From: Veleropilina oligotropha
Taxonomy: Eukaryota
Assembly (NCBI GenBank): GCA_048128005.1
Contig: JBEUKZ010000112.1
Coordinates: 496,001-560,000, forward strand
Length of the DNA: 64,000 nucleotides
Direction of reading: 5' to 3'
Shown: positions 51,821 to 64,000 of the stretch, piece after piece
Layout of the letters: each line of letters begins with the position of its first letter
Numbering within the stretch: the first letter of the stretch is position 1
Program-made: the position numbers and the translations under genes
Notes under the pieces: model-generated
The model's database searches: none
Seen by the model: only the letters and a program-made list of their open reading frames with translations
Told to the model about the DNA's origin: nothing

Positions 51821-53647
51821 ATGCTAAAGCTTGTTCCTTCCCTTAAGAAATTTGGCTACAACCGAGATTTAATCCAAAACTTTGGCATCCAGAGACACGT
51901 GTGCTACATATAAGCCAAGACAACATATTCAGAGACCAGTCTTGTTTTTATATAAATCATATGCTTTATATTTCTGGATGAGAAGTGAATATATTGATGA
52001 TATCAATATTTTCAAAACTGCTGCAGTGGTGTTCAGTTTGATCACCAGGCTTTAATTTTTACTTGAGATCAATCACACGACAAATCCACTATATCACAAA
52101 TGTCTCATGTCAGTTAGCCTTTTACTGATCTGGAGTAACGTTAACATGATTTTTAAAATGAAGAGCATGGCAAACAACTTCTATATTGGAATGCTTTGAA
52201 TGTCGTTTATGGGAAAGTGTGGATGGAGACCAACAAGTCTAAGACGGTCCCATGTCTATGTGCTTTAACATTTTGGCGGCAATGCGACAAAGTGAAAAAT
52301 TGACGATTTTCAAAATGGCGGAAGGGGAGTGGCCACAATTTTGAAAATCGAAAGCTCACTAAGATAAAAATCCATTACAAAGATGAAGGTCCAGCATTAA
52401 TAGGCTTTTTGTGGAGAGAGGCTATAATAACATTTCAAAATTGGATGTCATATAGGCCATATATAGAAATATAGCCAATACACCTCCAGACTATTTGAGA
52501 AGTAAACTGTAAACAATAACATATACAGCGTTCATGGTTCAGCAAATGACCAATAAAACGATTTGCGATACTACTTGTGCTCCAATTATAATCATGTGGC
52601 GGACAGTCACACAACAAAAGAGTATACCGCATTTAACGAAAAATTGATCACATTATTAGATTAAGTGAACGATATTGATGATAGTTGGCGATGAGTTGGA
52701 GCATGACAGGTTTGCGACTGTGTGTGTGGAGCTGAATACAATCGCATTATATGGTCGGTGGAGCCAGACAAAAGCAGTTCCTCTATACATTCCTCTTTTT
52801 TCGGTATGCACCAACAAATTATTCACGCAGATATCTTCTAAAATAATTATTCTTCCCCCCTCGTTAAATCCGTTCCTGGTTGGTGTAAAGTGATAGGTCA
52901 GAAGTTCAACTTGCTAAGTTACTAAAATGTAGATTTTAATATGGATAACTAGTCATCCAGAATTTACCGAACAATGCGATTCAACACAGACTGATCGTAT
53001 TCCCAGAGCAACGTATCTGTACTCCAGAAATATGCCACATGTCGGTGAATGTATCTTGCACAATTCACTGTCACATTAAATGTGTTATATATGCAGATCA
53101 GAATCAGATATCAAATCAGACAGGCCAGGTCATGTCGGAACTGACAGAAGTAATGGTATTATGGACATTTTAAATACATGCTATCAGATTGGCCTTACAG
53201 GCTAGTAATTATCAATCGGTTTCCGCAAGACTTCTTTACATATTAGTGTCACATATAATATAAAATTTGTGTTCGTCACTTTATGTGCTCCAGACACAGT
53301 ACAAACAAGCATTGCGGGTTTCCGGAGCTGAGCATTACCATTCAGTACTAATGACGGTGTTGTTTTACATATACCTGCTTGCCTTCCCTACTTTTGGAAC
53401 AGTTTGCCACCCTGGGTGCAGTATGTATGCTAGATTCCATGTCGACAGCCATCGTTCGATTCACAAAATGTACTTTGATGAAAACAAAACAATTCCACAA
53501 TTTTCTTTTATCTCAGCTCTGGTTTTGGACAAGTTTTAGCGATAAAATTATCATAATGATGGATTTTCATTGTGAACAGAAACCAAGTTTCTCTAAAACA
53601 GGAGTCTAGTGCTTTTGAATGAACTCTCAGTGAATAGAAATACTAGT

Positions 53648-53906
53648 GGAGGAGGAATTATGCTTAATGTCCTGTATATTTATAACATCGAGGTTCAAGG
53701 CAGGACATGTCCGTGTTATCGCGGGAGGAAACCCCGGTCGCCGGGTAAACCCGCCCTCTTCGGCCAGTCACGGACAACTGTGCTTCATAACTTGAACAAA
53801 TGTGTGCTGCCTCAGCCGGGGGTCGATCCCACTACTGTTCGCGTCAGCGGAAACAAGCCAGTGAATTTAGAGTGGACACTCTACCCACTGCGCTACCGAA
53901 GCGGCC
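53648..53906 (-). mobile_element. SINE family A, young copy
   Basis: Near-identical reverse complement of the 51390 copy, with a 12-bp TSD agaaatactagt (53636-53647 / 53907-53918). Confidence 0.88.
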
Positions 53907-53924
53907 AGAAATACTAGTATCTGA

Positions 53925-54305
53925 CGATATTTAATGACCACGCCAAACGTACTTCAGTCATAAATCGGGTCAATCAACTTTTGATGATGAAATGTGTCGG
54001 CGGTGTCACAGTGCAATGAAGGCAGCGATCATGGGGGAAAATACCCTGCTTTCCCGGGAATTGAGCCCTGGACATTTCGTTAATAGACCAGTACCGTATC
54101 AACTCGATGATGAATTGATGTTTAACAACCATGCCAACAGTAATTCAGTTATAAATCGGGTCAATCAACTTTCAATTTTGAGATGAATTGGTGCTGTGTG
54201 CAATGGAGACAGCGATCATAGGAAAAATCCCGGCATTCCCGGAGCTTGAACCTGTGACCTCCCATTTAGTAGACCAGCACTGTACTCACTCGGCCATGCT
54301 GCCCC
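53925..54305 (-). mobile_element. SINE family B, tandem pair
   Basis: Two consecutive matches to the 48878 repeat. Confidence 0.65.
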
Positions 54306-57300
54306 TGAAGCAATCTGTATATATTTTGTTATTACAATATGAACATAATAAATCCACATTTTATGCGCCTCTAAATTAACGAATGCAGTTATAATCTAAC
54401 CTACCTATTTTTTACCTTTTCCTTAAAGGTTACTCCATAGATTTTTGTTGCGGTGTCCTACTCTAACCGTCCTAGATAATTACATCACTGTTTTTATCAG
54501 CGCTATGCAACTGAAGCAGTGGCATGCAGTAGAACGATTAAACAATGATAGCAATGACTGAATAATAAGATTAAAGATAATGTAAATATCACCAACATAG
54601 TCTGTTGATCCAGATTATGAACTACAAGAAGTCGACAGCCTCGAGTTATGCAAAGTATTGCAGTACTTTTCTGATATTCCACTGTCATTGTCTATTAATG
54701 CTTAAACGATGGTACGAAAGCCCGAGTGCTACATAGCCAACATTGCTGGGTAATGCCGCCGAAATGGCCTTGTTGATACATGGCTATGGGACGGGTAGGG
54801 CAACACTCAAAGGAAAAACAAAGATCATCTTGTGTAAAAGTGCAAGGAAATGTTGACTTAACATGGAGTGACATAATAACTGGTAGCTGGAAACATTTGA
54901 TCTAAGATTAATATGTGTCAAAAATCAACATAGCATTGTTCAGAGAGAATCTCAAAGACATAAATTACATTTTAGCAAGAATGGTAAATAAATGTCGAGA
55001 AGATTTGTGTCAAGATGTAACTTCGCTGAAGTTCAGCCGTTGTGATTCTGATCATGATCGAGTCATATATGTGTAGATGCATTATATTTTTAGATTGTCA
55101 AAAAAACAGAACAAAAACATTATATATATAGCCACCTCAAAGTTAATAATTCATATTCCAGGCCCAATAATTTTATTGTTGGCAATAACGGTACATGTAA
55201 ATAAATGTGCAAGCAATATTTCATCCATAAAACTGTCAGTAATAAGTAACATGAAAGTTCCTTGGTTGACAACTTTATTTTACGACAATGTTTGACGATT
55301 TTTCAGTCTTATTGCAGTCATAATATGAATGAGTCACACTAAAGAGCAAATGACGATATCAGTAGAATTTTTATAAACCCAGTGACTGTATTGCTTAGTA
55401 TGTTGAGGACTCTATGATTAACTTGGGTAGTTCAGTTGCCAGAGAGGGTTAAAGCGCGAATTCAAATAATTCACGGCAGATTCCTGGGCAACCAGGATTT
55501 CTTCTGATGACAATATGGAATGGTCCTGGTAAGACCAAAAGGGTGATAAACGGGGTACTAAGCGTTCATCAAATCCAATCAGGGACGTAACGTGACAATC
55601 CCATTATCAATAGTTTCAGATGGCAATATATTTTTAAAATCCATCAAGTCTGACAAACATAAATTGAGAAAAAGACGCATTGGCGTTCGCGGTTGAGAAT
55701 GCTAACCAAATTGCATTCTGCTGTAAACAATCTTACAGAGTGTTACTTATGTAATAAGAGTTATCCTTATGCCCAAGATCTGAAACTGTTTGCTGTTGAC
55801 AAAACAAAAAGATAAACAAACAACTTTGATAATTTCTGGAGTGTTGTCCTGGTATTTACCTCTGGAATAATATTTCAGAAATGCATATTTCAACAGGGAG
55901 TTATGACTTCAGTAAATGGGATGAATGACAGATGAATGCAAATAGCAGTCAGAGAGCAGATTAAGTAAACACATCCAGGATCTTTAGGCAGTTGGGCATC
56001 TGCCACTGTCACATCAATGGCTACCATATGCCAGGGGTCGCGACCTGGGTATCTGACCCCTGATTTCTGACCATAGATACTGCAGTGCATCTTTACACTG
56101 GGCACAGTCCTATATCGGATTACCAAACAAGTGCAGGGGCTTCTGTTACAACAGCTGAAATAATCAGCTGCATAAAAATAGATTGAACTTCTTGTCTTTC
56201 TTTTTTCCAGAGCTAATTTTATCATGACAAATTGTTGATGAATACTTTGACGCGGTTAACATATTAAGTAATAATTTAGCTAAATTGTTAAATTTTGTAC
56301 TGTTCAATCATGCATGCATGGTTTAGTCACATCACAGTGTGGTTCCCCAGAATAACGTCTTCGTCCGATCAGACAGCTTTCTGAACTGAATACTCGATAT
56401 ACACACTATTTGATGACATATGTCAAATTATGTTATACAGGAAGTGCCTTAATTGGCAACCATTTTGAATATTGAAAATTGCGTAATTTGCATTTTTTCT
56501 TCTGTTGTCATACGAGCTGTTCAGATTCATATCTCAATGATTGATAAATTTGAAATGGCTTCGCCACTATATTGAATTTGTCAAGACTCAAAGAGTGTCT
56601 GTATCTCGTAAATTCCACATTTTGGACCATTTCTGCTATTTAGATAAACTTTCTTTACTTTCATTCCTGCACAGGTTCCCATATTTCTATGCTTTTTTTC
56701 ATCATTGAACATTCGGAAACACATCTACGTTAAACCCATACACAATAAATTTTAACTTTTTGTACAACTTTAATCGTCTCGAATCTGGTGTAAGAGTTCT
56801 TTCAATGTTGTAAGGCTACATTTAACCTTTAGCAATCTATGCAATCCTTTTAGTTAGAGAATGCTCCTCACTGAGGACCTTTTCACTGGAAATGACAAAA
56901 TCAACACATCTGCAGCTTACGATTCTGTTGGGCCCTGCCTCACAGCAACATGTGTGTTTTCTGACATTTAAACAGGAACAGCACTACGGATGTTCCAAAA
57001 TCTTTTCACAATGACATTTAATCCAGCCTCCCAAAATTCATTATCCAATACATGTATGAACTGCTGACACAACCACTGCTGATGAATGCTGTTGTTTGTA
57101 GTTCAATGTTGCTATCAGTAGAATGTGAATTCTGTAACAATGTGTTTCATGGTTAGCAGGGGGGGGGGGGGGGGGGGGGGGATGACCTTCGATCAAGTAG
57201 TCTACATCGATAGTAACCCCAAAATGATCACTGGTGTCTGACTCACCATAATTCACAATTCACACCCACTCACTGCCTTTATTATGTATCAAAATCTCAG

Positions 57301-59429
57301 GTCATGTGCTAAATTATAAGCACTTCCCTCTTGCGGCTTTGTAATGAATAAGAGTAATGGTTTCCAGACTGCTCTGTCGAACAGGAATGGGTTCATATCC
57401 GTAGGCTGGGTACTTTGTTCAACTAGCAAATCCTCGACCCGGCAAGTCGAGGGTGCATATCCCCTCCTACAGCAGCAAAAATTGACAGGCGTCGTGTCCT
57501 CATAATACCAAGTGTGTATATCTATTAAATAATAATCAAATTTGAATCAAATCGGATAATAGCTTTTCACTGCAGTGCGCACACAAAATCTCTCCAAACA
57601 AAATGGCCGCCATGTGACAGCCATCTTTGTCTGAAAACGACGGCAATCGCTACGCGGCGTGTCCTCATCACAACTAACGAGCATACCAAATTTGAATCAA
57701 ATCGGATTATAACTTTTCACTGTAAAGTTGGTTGGTAACTTTGTTTTACGATCACTTTTTGGCAATTTTCGCCTTAATACAAAATCGACATCATGGTACA
57801 AAAATGTTATATAAAGTGACCTTACATGTTAGAGCCTTCTTACACATAATACCAAGTCTCTTGTGGCTTCTTCAAATGATGGTGTTGATATGATGCTTTA
57901 TGATACTAATACTCGACTGGAACATACGTGTAAAGTACACATAAATTGGATGGGGTACACTTGGCCTGTCTAGAATAAATAGAATGAGCTACTAAGCTGA
58001 ATCACTCATAAGGTTATGTTATGATTGAATACAACATGCAGAGAGTTTCGTTATCTTTACAAAATGTAACTGGCTTTTATAAATGTCACATATCCCATTA
58101 TCAGCATGTCACAAGTGACACAATAATGTATGAATGAACTAAGCGGAGCCAAATGCGGATTATATTAATGTTGGCCCATTAAATCGACTCTTTTTACACT
58201 CAGCAGGAAGCATCAGATCTATAATAAGCCTATTAACATCAATTATGCTGGAACCGTGAGGTGAGGGGTCAGAGGTGAATCAGTTCAAAGAATAACAGTG
58301 TAGGTTAACCTTAGAGTAACTAAATAAGCACCATATTTACAGGAATCAAATATCTTTGAGATTGTAATGTATAACTTAACACATTATAATTTATAGGGTC
58401 ATGCTAGGAAATATCCAAATATTAAGACGGTATGAAGGAAGGTGTACCATGGTAAACTTGCAAGTAACATTACAATCGCCCAATTATTAAATAACACTCT
58501 TCAACACAAACCATGGAGGAAAGTTTATATTATCATATATAATAACATAATTGTATGATAATGGATCTAATTTGCTATGGCCAATTAAAGGATTTGTGAA
58601 CCAAAACTCATAATATAGGCGAAATTTCACTATACGGCATATGTTCCTATCATATTATTTGTTGTGTTAGTCTTTCACGAGTGTCCGTGTTTGTTGTAAG
58701 CTGACCTGGCGAAATCAATCAGCTCAAGTATAGTCATATTTTCAGGTCAGGGGTCGAATTTGACATCACAATGGACAGGCCACTCGGAATCTTTTCAATT
58801 CGATGGCAACATCATTGTCCGCAAATTGGTTACTCAACAGGAACAATAGCATTAGGACTCGTGGGTCTAGTGTGTCGTCACCTAATAAGTGTTCGGGAAA
58901 TTTCGGGGTGACTTGCTAAGGATCTTTTTATCCATGTTTTCATAATCTAAAACATGGCGCTACTAATAAGAGAATAAATAAATATACGACAGCATTATTA
59001 TCAGCCAGAATATATAATGTGTTCACAACTCCTTTAATTGCTTCGTGATAATGGGCCGGGGCTGCCCTGAACTTTCATTTACTGGTCACAATGATGTAAT
59101 AAAATCATTATAGTGGGCACCACGGTTTTGTGTCAGCCATGAATCATCTCAAATTAAACTGACCAATCTCAATGTACAAAGTTGTGTTCATATCGCGATT
59201 GATGAATATAACTTTACATGCATGTCAAAGACCGTGCGATCGACTTTTATGGTCACCGCTGTAGTCGTGTGGTTTCGTGAGTCAAATCTGAAATCACTGG
59301 CTTGATTGCACTAACTAACAGGAGTCGGTTCAAATCTGGATTGGGACATGACAATCTTAATTTACCAGCTATTATCGCCATTAGTGACTTCAATACGACT
59401 TTCGACTCAGTACATCACAACATATTGCA

Positions 59430-59662
59430 GTCTCGGTAGTCGTGTGGCCTCGAGTGCAGACTCTGAAATCACTGGATCGATTGCGCTAACTATCAGAATT
59501 CTTATCTGAGTTGAGGAATTAACATTCTCTGTTTTAGTTATCAAATCGCAGTTGTCTGTAACTGGTCGGAGAGGGCACGTTTTCCTCCAGCAATAATATG
59601 GACATGTCCTGCCTATAGAACCTTAATTAAGGTTGTAAATAAACAGGACATTAAGCATCGAT
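59430..59662 (+). mobile_element. Degenerate SINE family A copy (another head at ~59255-59350)
   Basis: cagttgtctgtaactggtcggagagggc...ggacatgtcctgcc...aaacaggacattaagcatc. Confidence 0.65.
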
Positions 59663-59983
59663 CCAATATAATCCAATCAATCATCTTTTAGCCAATTAGA
59701 GGTGGCAAAAAACATGTCATCATACAGCAAATAATTAAAGTGGGGACCAGGACAGTTTTTTCATACCTAAGACTAATAATTATTACATAATGAGATCACC
59801 AATTAAAATAAGACATATATATGTCATAAATATATGTTGTTTTCTAAATAAAATTATATTTGGAATATAGATATATACACTGTACAGTCATGTATCCATG
59901 AATCGCCTTCAGTTGTAAAATCAGCCGACTTCGATATTTTCAGAAGAGAAGATAAATAAATAAGTAAGTCACACGTACATGAC

Positions 59984-60335
59984 CAGGTTGGGGAGAAGTC
60001 TAGTAACAAAAATCTAGCAAATGTAAGTATATGAGAGGCGATATTAGTAAATAATGCTATCAAATTGAGCCTCACTTGTCCTGAATTTAACGGCGGAAAA
60101 TCAACCGATTTCGTCGATTTCTAGCCGTGAAAATATGACCTATCGAGGCGCAATTTCTTAGCATTATTTACTTATATAGCCTCTCATATACTTACATTTG
60201 CTAGATTTTTGTAGTTTTACTGCAAATAATGTTTTTTAAAATTTGATATCCCGATCGGGATATATTTCATATCACGATTGAGATATATATCCCGATCGTG
60301 ATATATATCCCGAAATGTGACTTCTCCCCAACCTG
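59984..60335. mobile_element. MITE with nested inverted repeats
   Basis: Perfect 17-bp TIR caggttggggagaagtc / gacttctccccaacctg, an inner perfect 34-bp IR (60006-60039 / 60179-60212), and palindromic atcccgatcgggat units (60246-60313). Confidence 0.7.
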
Positions 60336-61063
60336 TACTCCAACAACGTTAGAGCCTGCTATAGTTCCTAATATCAGACTCTAACGGCTGAGCTAAAATT
60401 TCTCACCGCAGAATAATCTCAAGGTGAAAATCACGTCCAGTGGCGAAAAATACTAAATTCCAATCAAGTAACTACAGTTTATCACTTACTTGCATCGGTA
60501 TATGTTCCTTTATACAAAATTTCATCACATACTGCTCCAATTTTTTAACACCGAAAAGCTATGTTGGAACACAAAACGGACGGTTTTTAACTTTCACAAT
60601 GTAAACAGAACACGGTCGCTATTTTGGGACGTTAGCGTGACGTTTTCATTAAATCCACCAATCAAAATCATTAGCCAATAGATGGCGCGACCGAGGAGGG
60701 AAATACCGTCAAACTTACATTGACAAATAATGCTGTTTTATCATACATTATAACAACAAAATCAATAAAAAATAACAGGTATGTGTATATTCATGCATAT
60801 ATTTATACAATTTATGTATTTACTGTTTGTTTCACTGTATTTTTAATAAGTAATTTGATCCAAAACCGTTCCCGACGGATTTCGTCGGGAACCTGCTCGT
60901 CATAAATGGTGCTTGGGAGATATGAGGTAGGTTTGGGAAGGCACGTCAACCCGGTCTCATATGTTATAGGAGTACCCAACCTGATGACCCGTCTCAGTGT
61001 TATGTTGAGACATGACTGTATAATAAGAAGTACAACCAGAGCGCCTGGTTCCGCGGTACTTAC

Positions 61064-61213
61064 GTGCGTTACGCAGAGCGGCTGCTTGATCTCGCTGCCT
61101 CCGCCCATAGTCAGCCCCCAGGGCCGCCCGCCTTTCAACACTACATCAAACAGTTCCGCTTGAATTTCCCGGCGAGGAGGCGACTGGCTTCTTGGACTTT
61201 TATCCGTCTGCAT
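61064..61213 (-). CDS. Coding exon 1 of a PDZ-domain gene, Shroom-like (first half of PDZ)
   Basis: ATG at 61213 gives 50 codons MQTDK...VVLKGGRPWGLTMGGGSEIKQPLCVTH, followed by a canonical GTAAGT donor (phase 0). GGxPWG is the carboxylate-binding loop of Shroom/SYNPO2/PDLIM-type PDZ domains. Confidence 0.85.
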
Positions 61214-61389
61214 ATTTCACAAACATCCGCGTGTACGAACGTGAAACGCGATTGAACTAATTAATCCATCGGGATATATGTTATCTAAACGCATTACCTT
61301 TACCGTTAAAACAACATGGTTGTCGATATTGAGTTTGTTATTCGCCTATAAATCAACATTCCGTTATTCGATAAAACTTATAACAACTC

Positions 61390-61480
61390 TTTTCGCTGCG
61401 AGCACCTGAACGGAAGTAATTAGAGTGGCGCATGTCTGTTAGCGCAAACGGGACAGTCCCCACGCCCCGCCGAACACTGA
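61390..61480 (-). promoter_or_regulatory. Candidate promoter of the PDZ gene
   Basis: CpG-rich stretch ~200-260 bp upstream of the ATG with a GC-box (GGCGGGGCGTGG on minus, 61460-61471) and an ETS-like CGGAAGT (61411-61417). Motif evidence only. Confidence 0.35.
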
Positions 61481-61670
61481 ATTGATAGTCGAGTGGTCAG
61501 CCGAAATTTGCGCTGGAAATTAACAGACTGATGTCTGTAACTTTTGTTGCATTTGGATAAATATGGGATCTTTTACAACTTTTCAATCAAAAGGTGTAAA
61601 TGTAGTACCTATATTTGCAGTTTTGCATACTGTTAAAATATAAACGCGATCGCATGTTCCGGAATTTTAA

Positions 61671-61882
61671 CAAGCGGCTGGCCTAATTTTGACGCTATTA
61701 CTACAAAGTAAAATGTAAAACGTTATAATTATTGGTTGCAATAATAAAACAAAACGTTAATTTGTTTTTTACTTCATTTTATTTACAAATAAACTTTGTT
61801 TTATTATTGCAACCAATAATTATACGATTAAACGATTTACATTTTACTTTGTAATAATAGCGTCAAATGGGCCAGCCGCTTG
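61671..61882. mobile_element. Fold-back MITE flanked by TTAA
   Basis: caagcggctggcc...ggccagccgcttg, with arms complementary over ~80 bp and TTAA at 61667-61670 and 61883-61886. Confidence 0.75.
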
Positions 61883-61982
61883 TTAACATTCAGGGACATT
61901 TTTTTAGATATAAATATTTTTTTTTGGGGGGTGACCCACCCCACACCGTTTCCTATATGTTCCAGCTATATATTTGTTTTGT

Positions 61983-62131
61983 ACGGAAGCGTATTACTGC
62001 CACAACCACTATATTTATTAATCCGAATATTCGGATTACTAATCCGAATATTCGGATTAGTTAATCCGAATATTCAGATTAGTTAATCCGAATTAGTAAT
62101 CCGAATATTCGGATTAGTAATAGCGTTTCGT
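61983..62131. repeat. Small element built from tandem palindromes (taatccgaatattcggatta)
   Basis: About 4.5 copies of a 20-bp palindrome (62019-62117) between degenerate IRs acggaagcgtattact / agtaatagcgtttcgt. Confidence 0.7.
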
Positions 62132-62388
62132 TGAGATCGAAAATACCATTTATTCTTTTTCTTCACTGTTTCAATTTGTCTAGATCTGTATTTAATCGGG
62201 GAAAACGTTAAATGAGTGAAGTTGACATGAAATATGATGAAAACTCGTTACCTGTTTCTCGAAGAGAGATGTTAAACATGAATTCTGTGACAGATACGAC
62301 TGAAAAATTGTTAAAATGTAGTTGTAAAACTAAATTGATTCAATAAAATAAACTTTTTGTTTGGGTTCATTTGGAACTGGTGATGCGA

Positions 62389-64000
62389 TGCGGTGGCACC
62401 ATCGCATTACATATTATACCACCATTCCACACATCCGTTCTAGCTCCCGTTCCCGTATCGACCAAGGAACGGTACGGGAATAGGAGGGGTCGGGGGTGTA
62501 CCTTAATGGGACGCCAATGGACGTTAAGTAACGGAACTCCTTTGAACGGTAGGAACGATTGGGACGGGTGGGTTCGGGCTGCATGTTCAAAATTTTAGCC
62601 GTTCCCCTCCCGTTCCAAATGAACGGTAATGAAACCTTAACACATCGCTAACGGAACTGATGGATCGTTAACGGAACTTAAGCATCGGTAACGCAACGCT
62701 AACGTATCGGAAGTGAACGGCCACCAAAATCATCCCGCAGCAGTAGCCCCAGGAATGTCAACCCCGGTCCGCCCAGACATACCCTCCATTTCGTCCATGA
62801 ACCTGTCCAACATGTCGAATTTCATGATCGATCAAGATGAAGAAGAGCCGGAGAAGGGCCAAGAAGATGAGCAAACCGAATATGGACAAATTTAGGACAC
62901 TCAGTTGGCCAGTGTTTGTGTCAGGATATGACAGTTGATACTCAGTGTTTGTTAGAACTGTTAACTTTGCTTCTTGAAATTGATATTTATGTATATATAC
63001 TATTTTGTGAGATTTACAGAAATACAACATTGAACTGTGAAATGTATTTGTGTTTTATTTGATAACTAACAGGTACCCGTCCTAGTACTGGAGAAAATGG
63101 GTGGGGGTGTGGTGGCTAACTTAGTTTTTAAATCCTTTAAAAGCATTCATGAAAACCGTTAAATTTATTCATTATTCATTGCTTAATTAACAATCAATAA
63201 GCAATGTCCTAAAGGCATTAACAATTCACAATGAATTACTGGCGCTTGATGTGAATCATAACCTGTTGCCAAGGAACAGCCCCAGCAGGGCTATTGAAGT
63301 ACAGTCTCATATACTCCCGTTGCCTCTTCACCTCGGTGGTAGCTTGGTTTGGTCCACGAGCACGATACAGTTCATGCATTGGGTCATGTCTCCTCCATTC
63401 TCCCGGCACCATGTTGTGGCTTGAATCCTCGTGATCCATTTCAGCATTGTGTAGTCCAGGGTATCTCATCCTCATGGGGTTATGAAGACACACTGCAGCT
63501 TCCACCACGACTATTGCCACCTCTGGATTTTGTTGAAACGTGGTGTAAAGAGCTTTCCACCTGCTGGCCAAGATGCCGAATGCGTTCTCCACCACCCTGC
63601 GGCATCTGGATATCCTGTAGTTGGTGATGAGTTCTGCATCAATCATACCACGCCTGCTGTATGTACGCAGGGCAAAAGCGTCACCAGCCAGCATGAAGTA
63701 AGGGATAGGCCTATCATCGTTGGTCATTGGCTGAGGAGGTGGCAGATTGATGGTCCCATCCTGGAAGCACTCTTTCAGTTCAGAAGCATTATAGATCTGC
63801 ACATCTGACATGCGTCCCATGGATCCTACGTCCTCTCATATGAAATTGTTATCTGCGTCGACCAGAGCAAGGATGATGATGGAAAAGAAGCATTTGTAGT
63901 TATGATAGAGGCTCCCAGACTGGGGTGGCTTGCGAATGGCGATGGAAGTGTCCATACATCGGTCTCCTTGGGGCAGCCACCCATGGTCTCACCCAAAATG
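62389..64000 (-). mobile_element. Deleted Harbinger-type DNA transposon, running off the window
   Basis: Transposase remnant, a subterminal zone dense in AACGG/CCGTT motifs (62430-62720), and a convergent acidic ORF tail (~62730-62895, +) that may be the remnant of the second Harbinger gene. Left boundary approximate. Confidence 0.55.
63236..64000 (-). pseudogene. Harbinger/PIF (HARBI1-like, DDE_Tnp_4-type) transposase, disrupted
   Basis: IAIRKPPQSGSLYHNYKCFFSIIILALVDAD, GRMSD, LAGDAFAL, RRVVENAFGILASRW and CLHN. In-frame TGA at ~63836, missing DGKH region, and an N-terminal WVRPW motif in another frame at ~63945-63995. Confidence 0.88.

Noticed and set aside
55890..56225. 111-aa minus-strand ORF as exon 1b
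   Set aside because: No recognisable domain or convincing splice sites, and it would interrupt the PDZ.
57158..57181. 24-bp poly-G read as poly-Pro ORF or G-quadruplex
   Set aside because: Simple homopolymer with no supporting context and unreliable length.
60812..61063. C-terminal part of the 133-aa ORF
   Set aside because: Read-through past the GTAAGT donor into intron; PDZ similarity resumes only in exon 2.

Overview
AT-rich, repeat-dense eukaryotic DNA, probably from an invertebrate animal; the SINE and Helentron-type repeats look lophotrochozoan-like, which is inference. The window holds the 5' end of a minus-strand gene with an N-terminal PDZ domain most like Shroom. Coding exon 1 is 61213-61064 and exon 2 is 48848-48700; no further exon could be confidently placed, so most of the window is probably intron. 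The main insert is a structurally complete ~7.2 kb DIRS1-type tyrosine-recombinase retrotransposon (26791-34031, minus). It has apparently identical 200-bp ITRs, an ICR, gag, RT/RNaseH/methyltransferase and YR ORFs, plus two apparent lesions: a 1-bp frameshift near the RT start and a deletion in YR. Also present: a deleted Harbinger transposase at the right end, a Tc1 deletion derivative, several HINE-like elements (some with ~158-bp arrays), MITEs, a five-level nested insertion, tRNA-derived SINEs with TSDs, an L2/CR1 3' fragment, many minisatellites, and an unassigned ~217-codon frame with one stop at 11.4-12.1 kb. I found no clearly new system. All calls were made by eye, with no database search.
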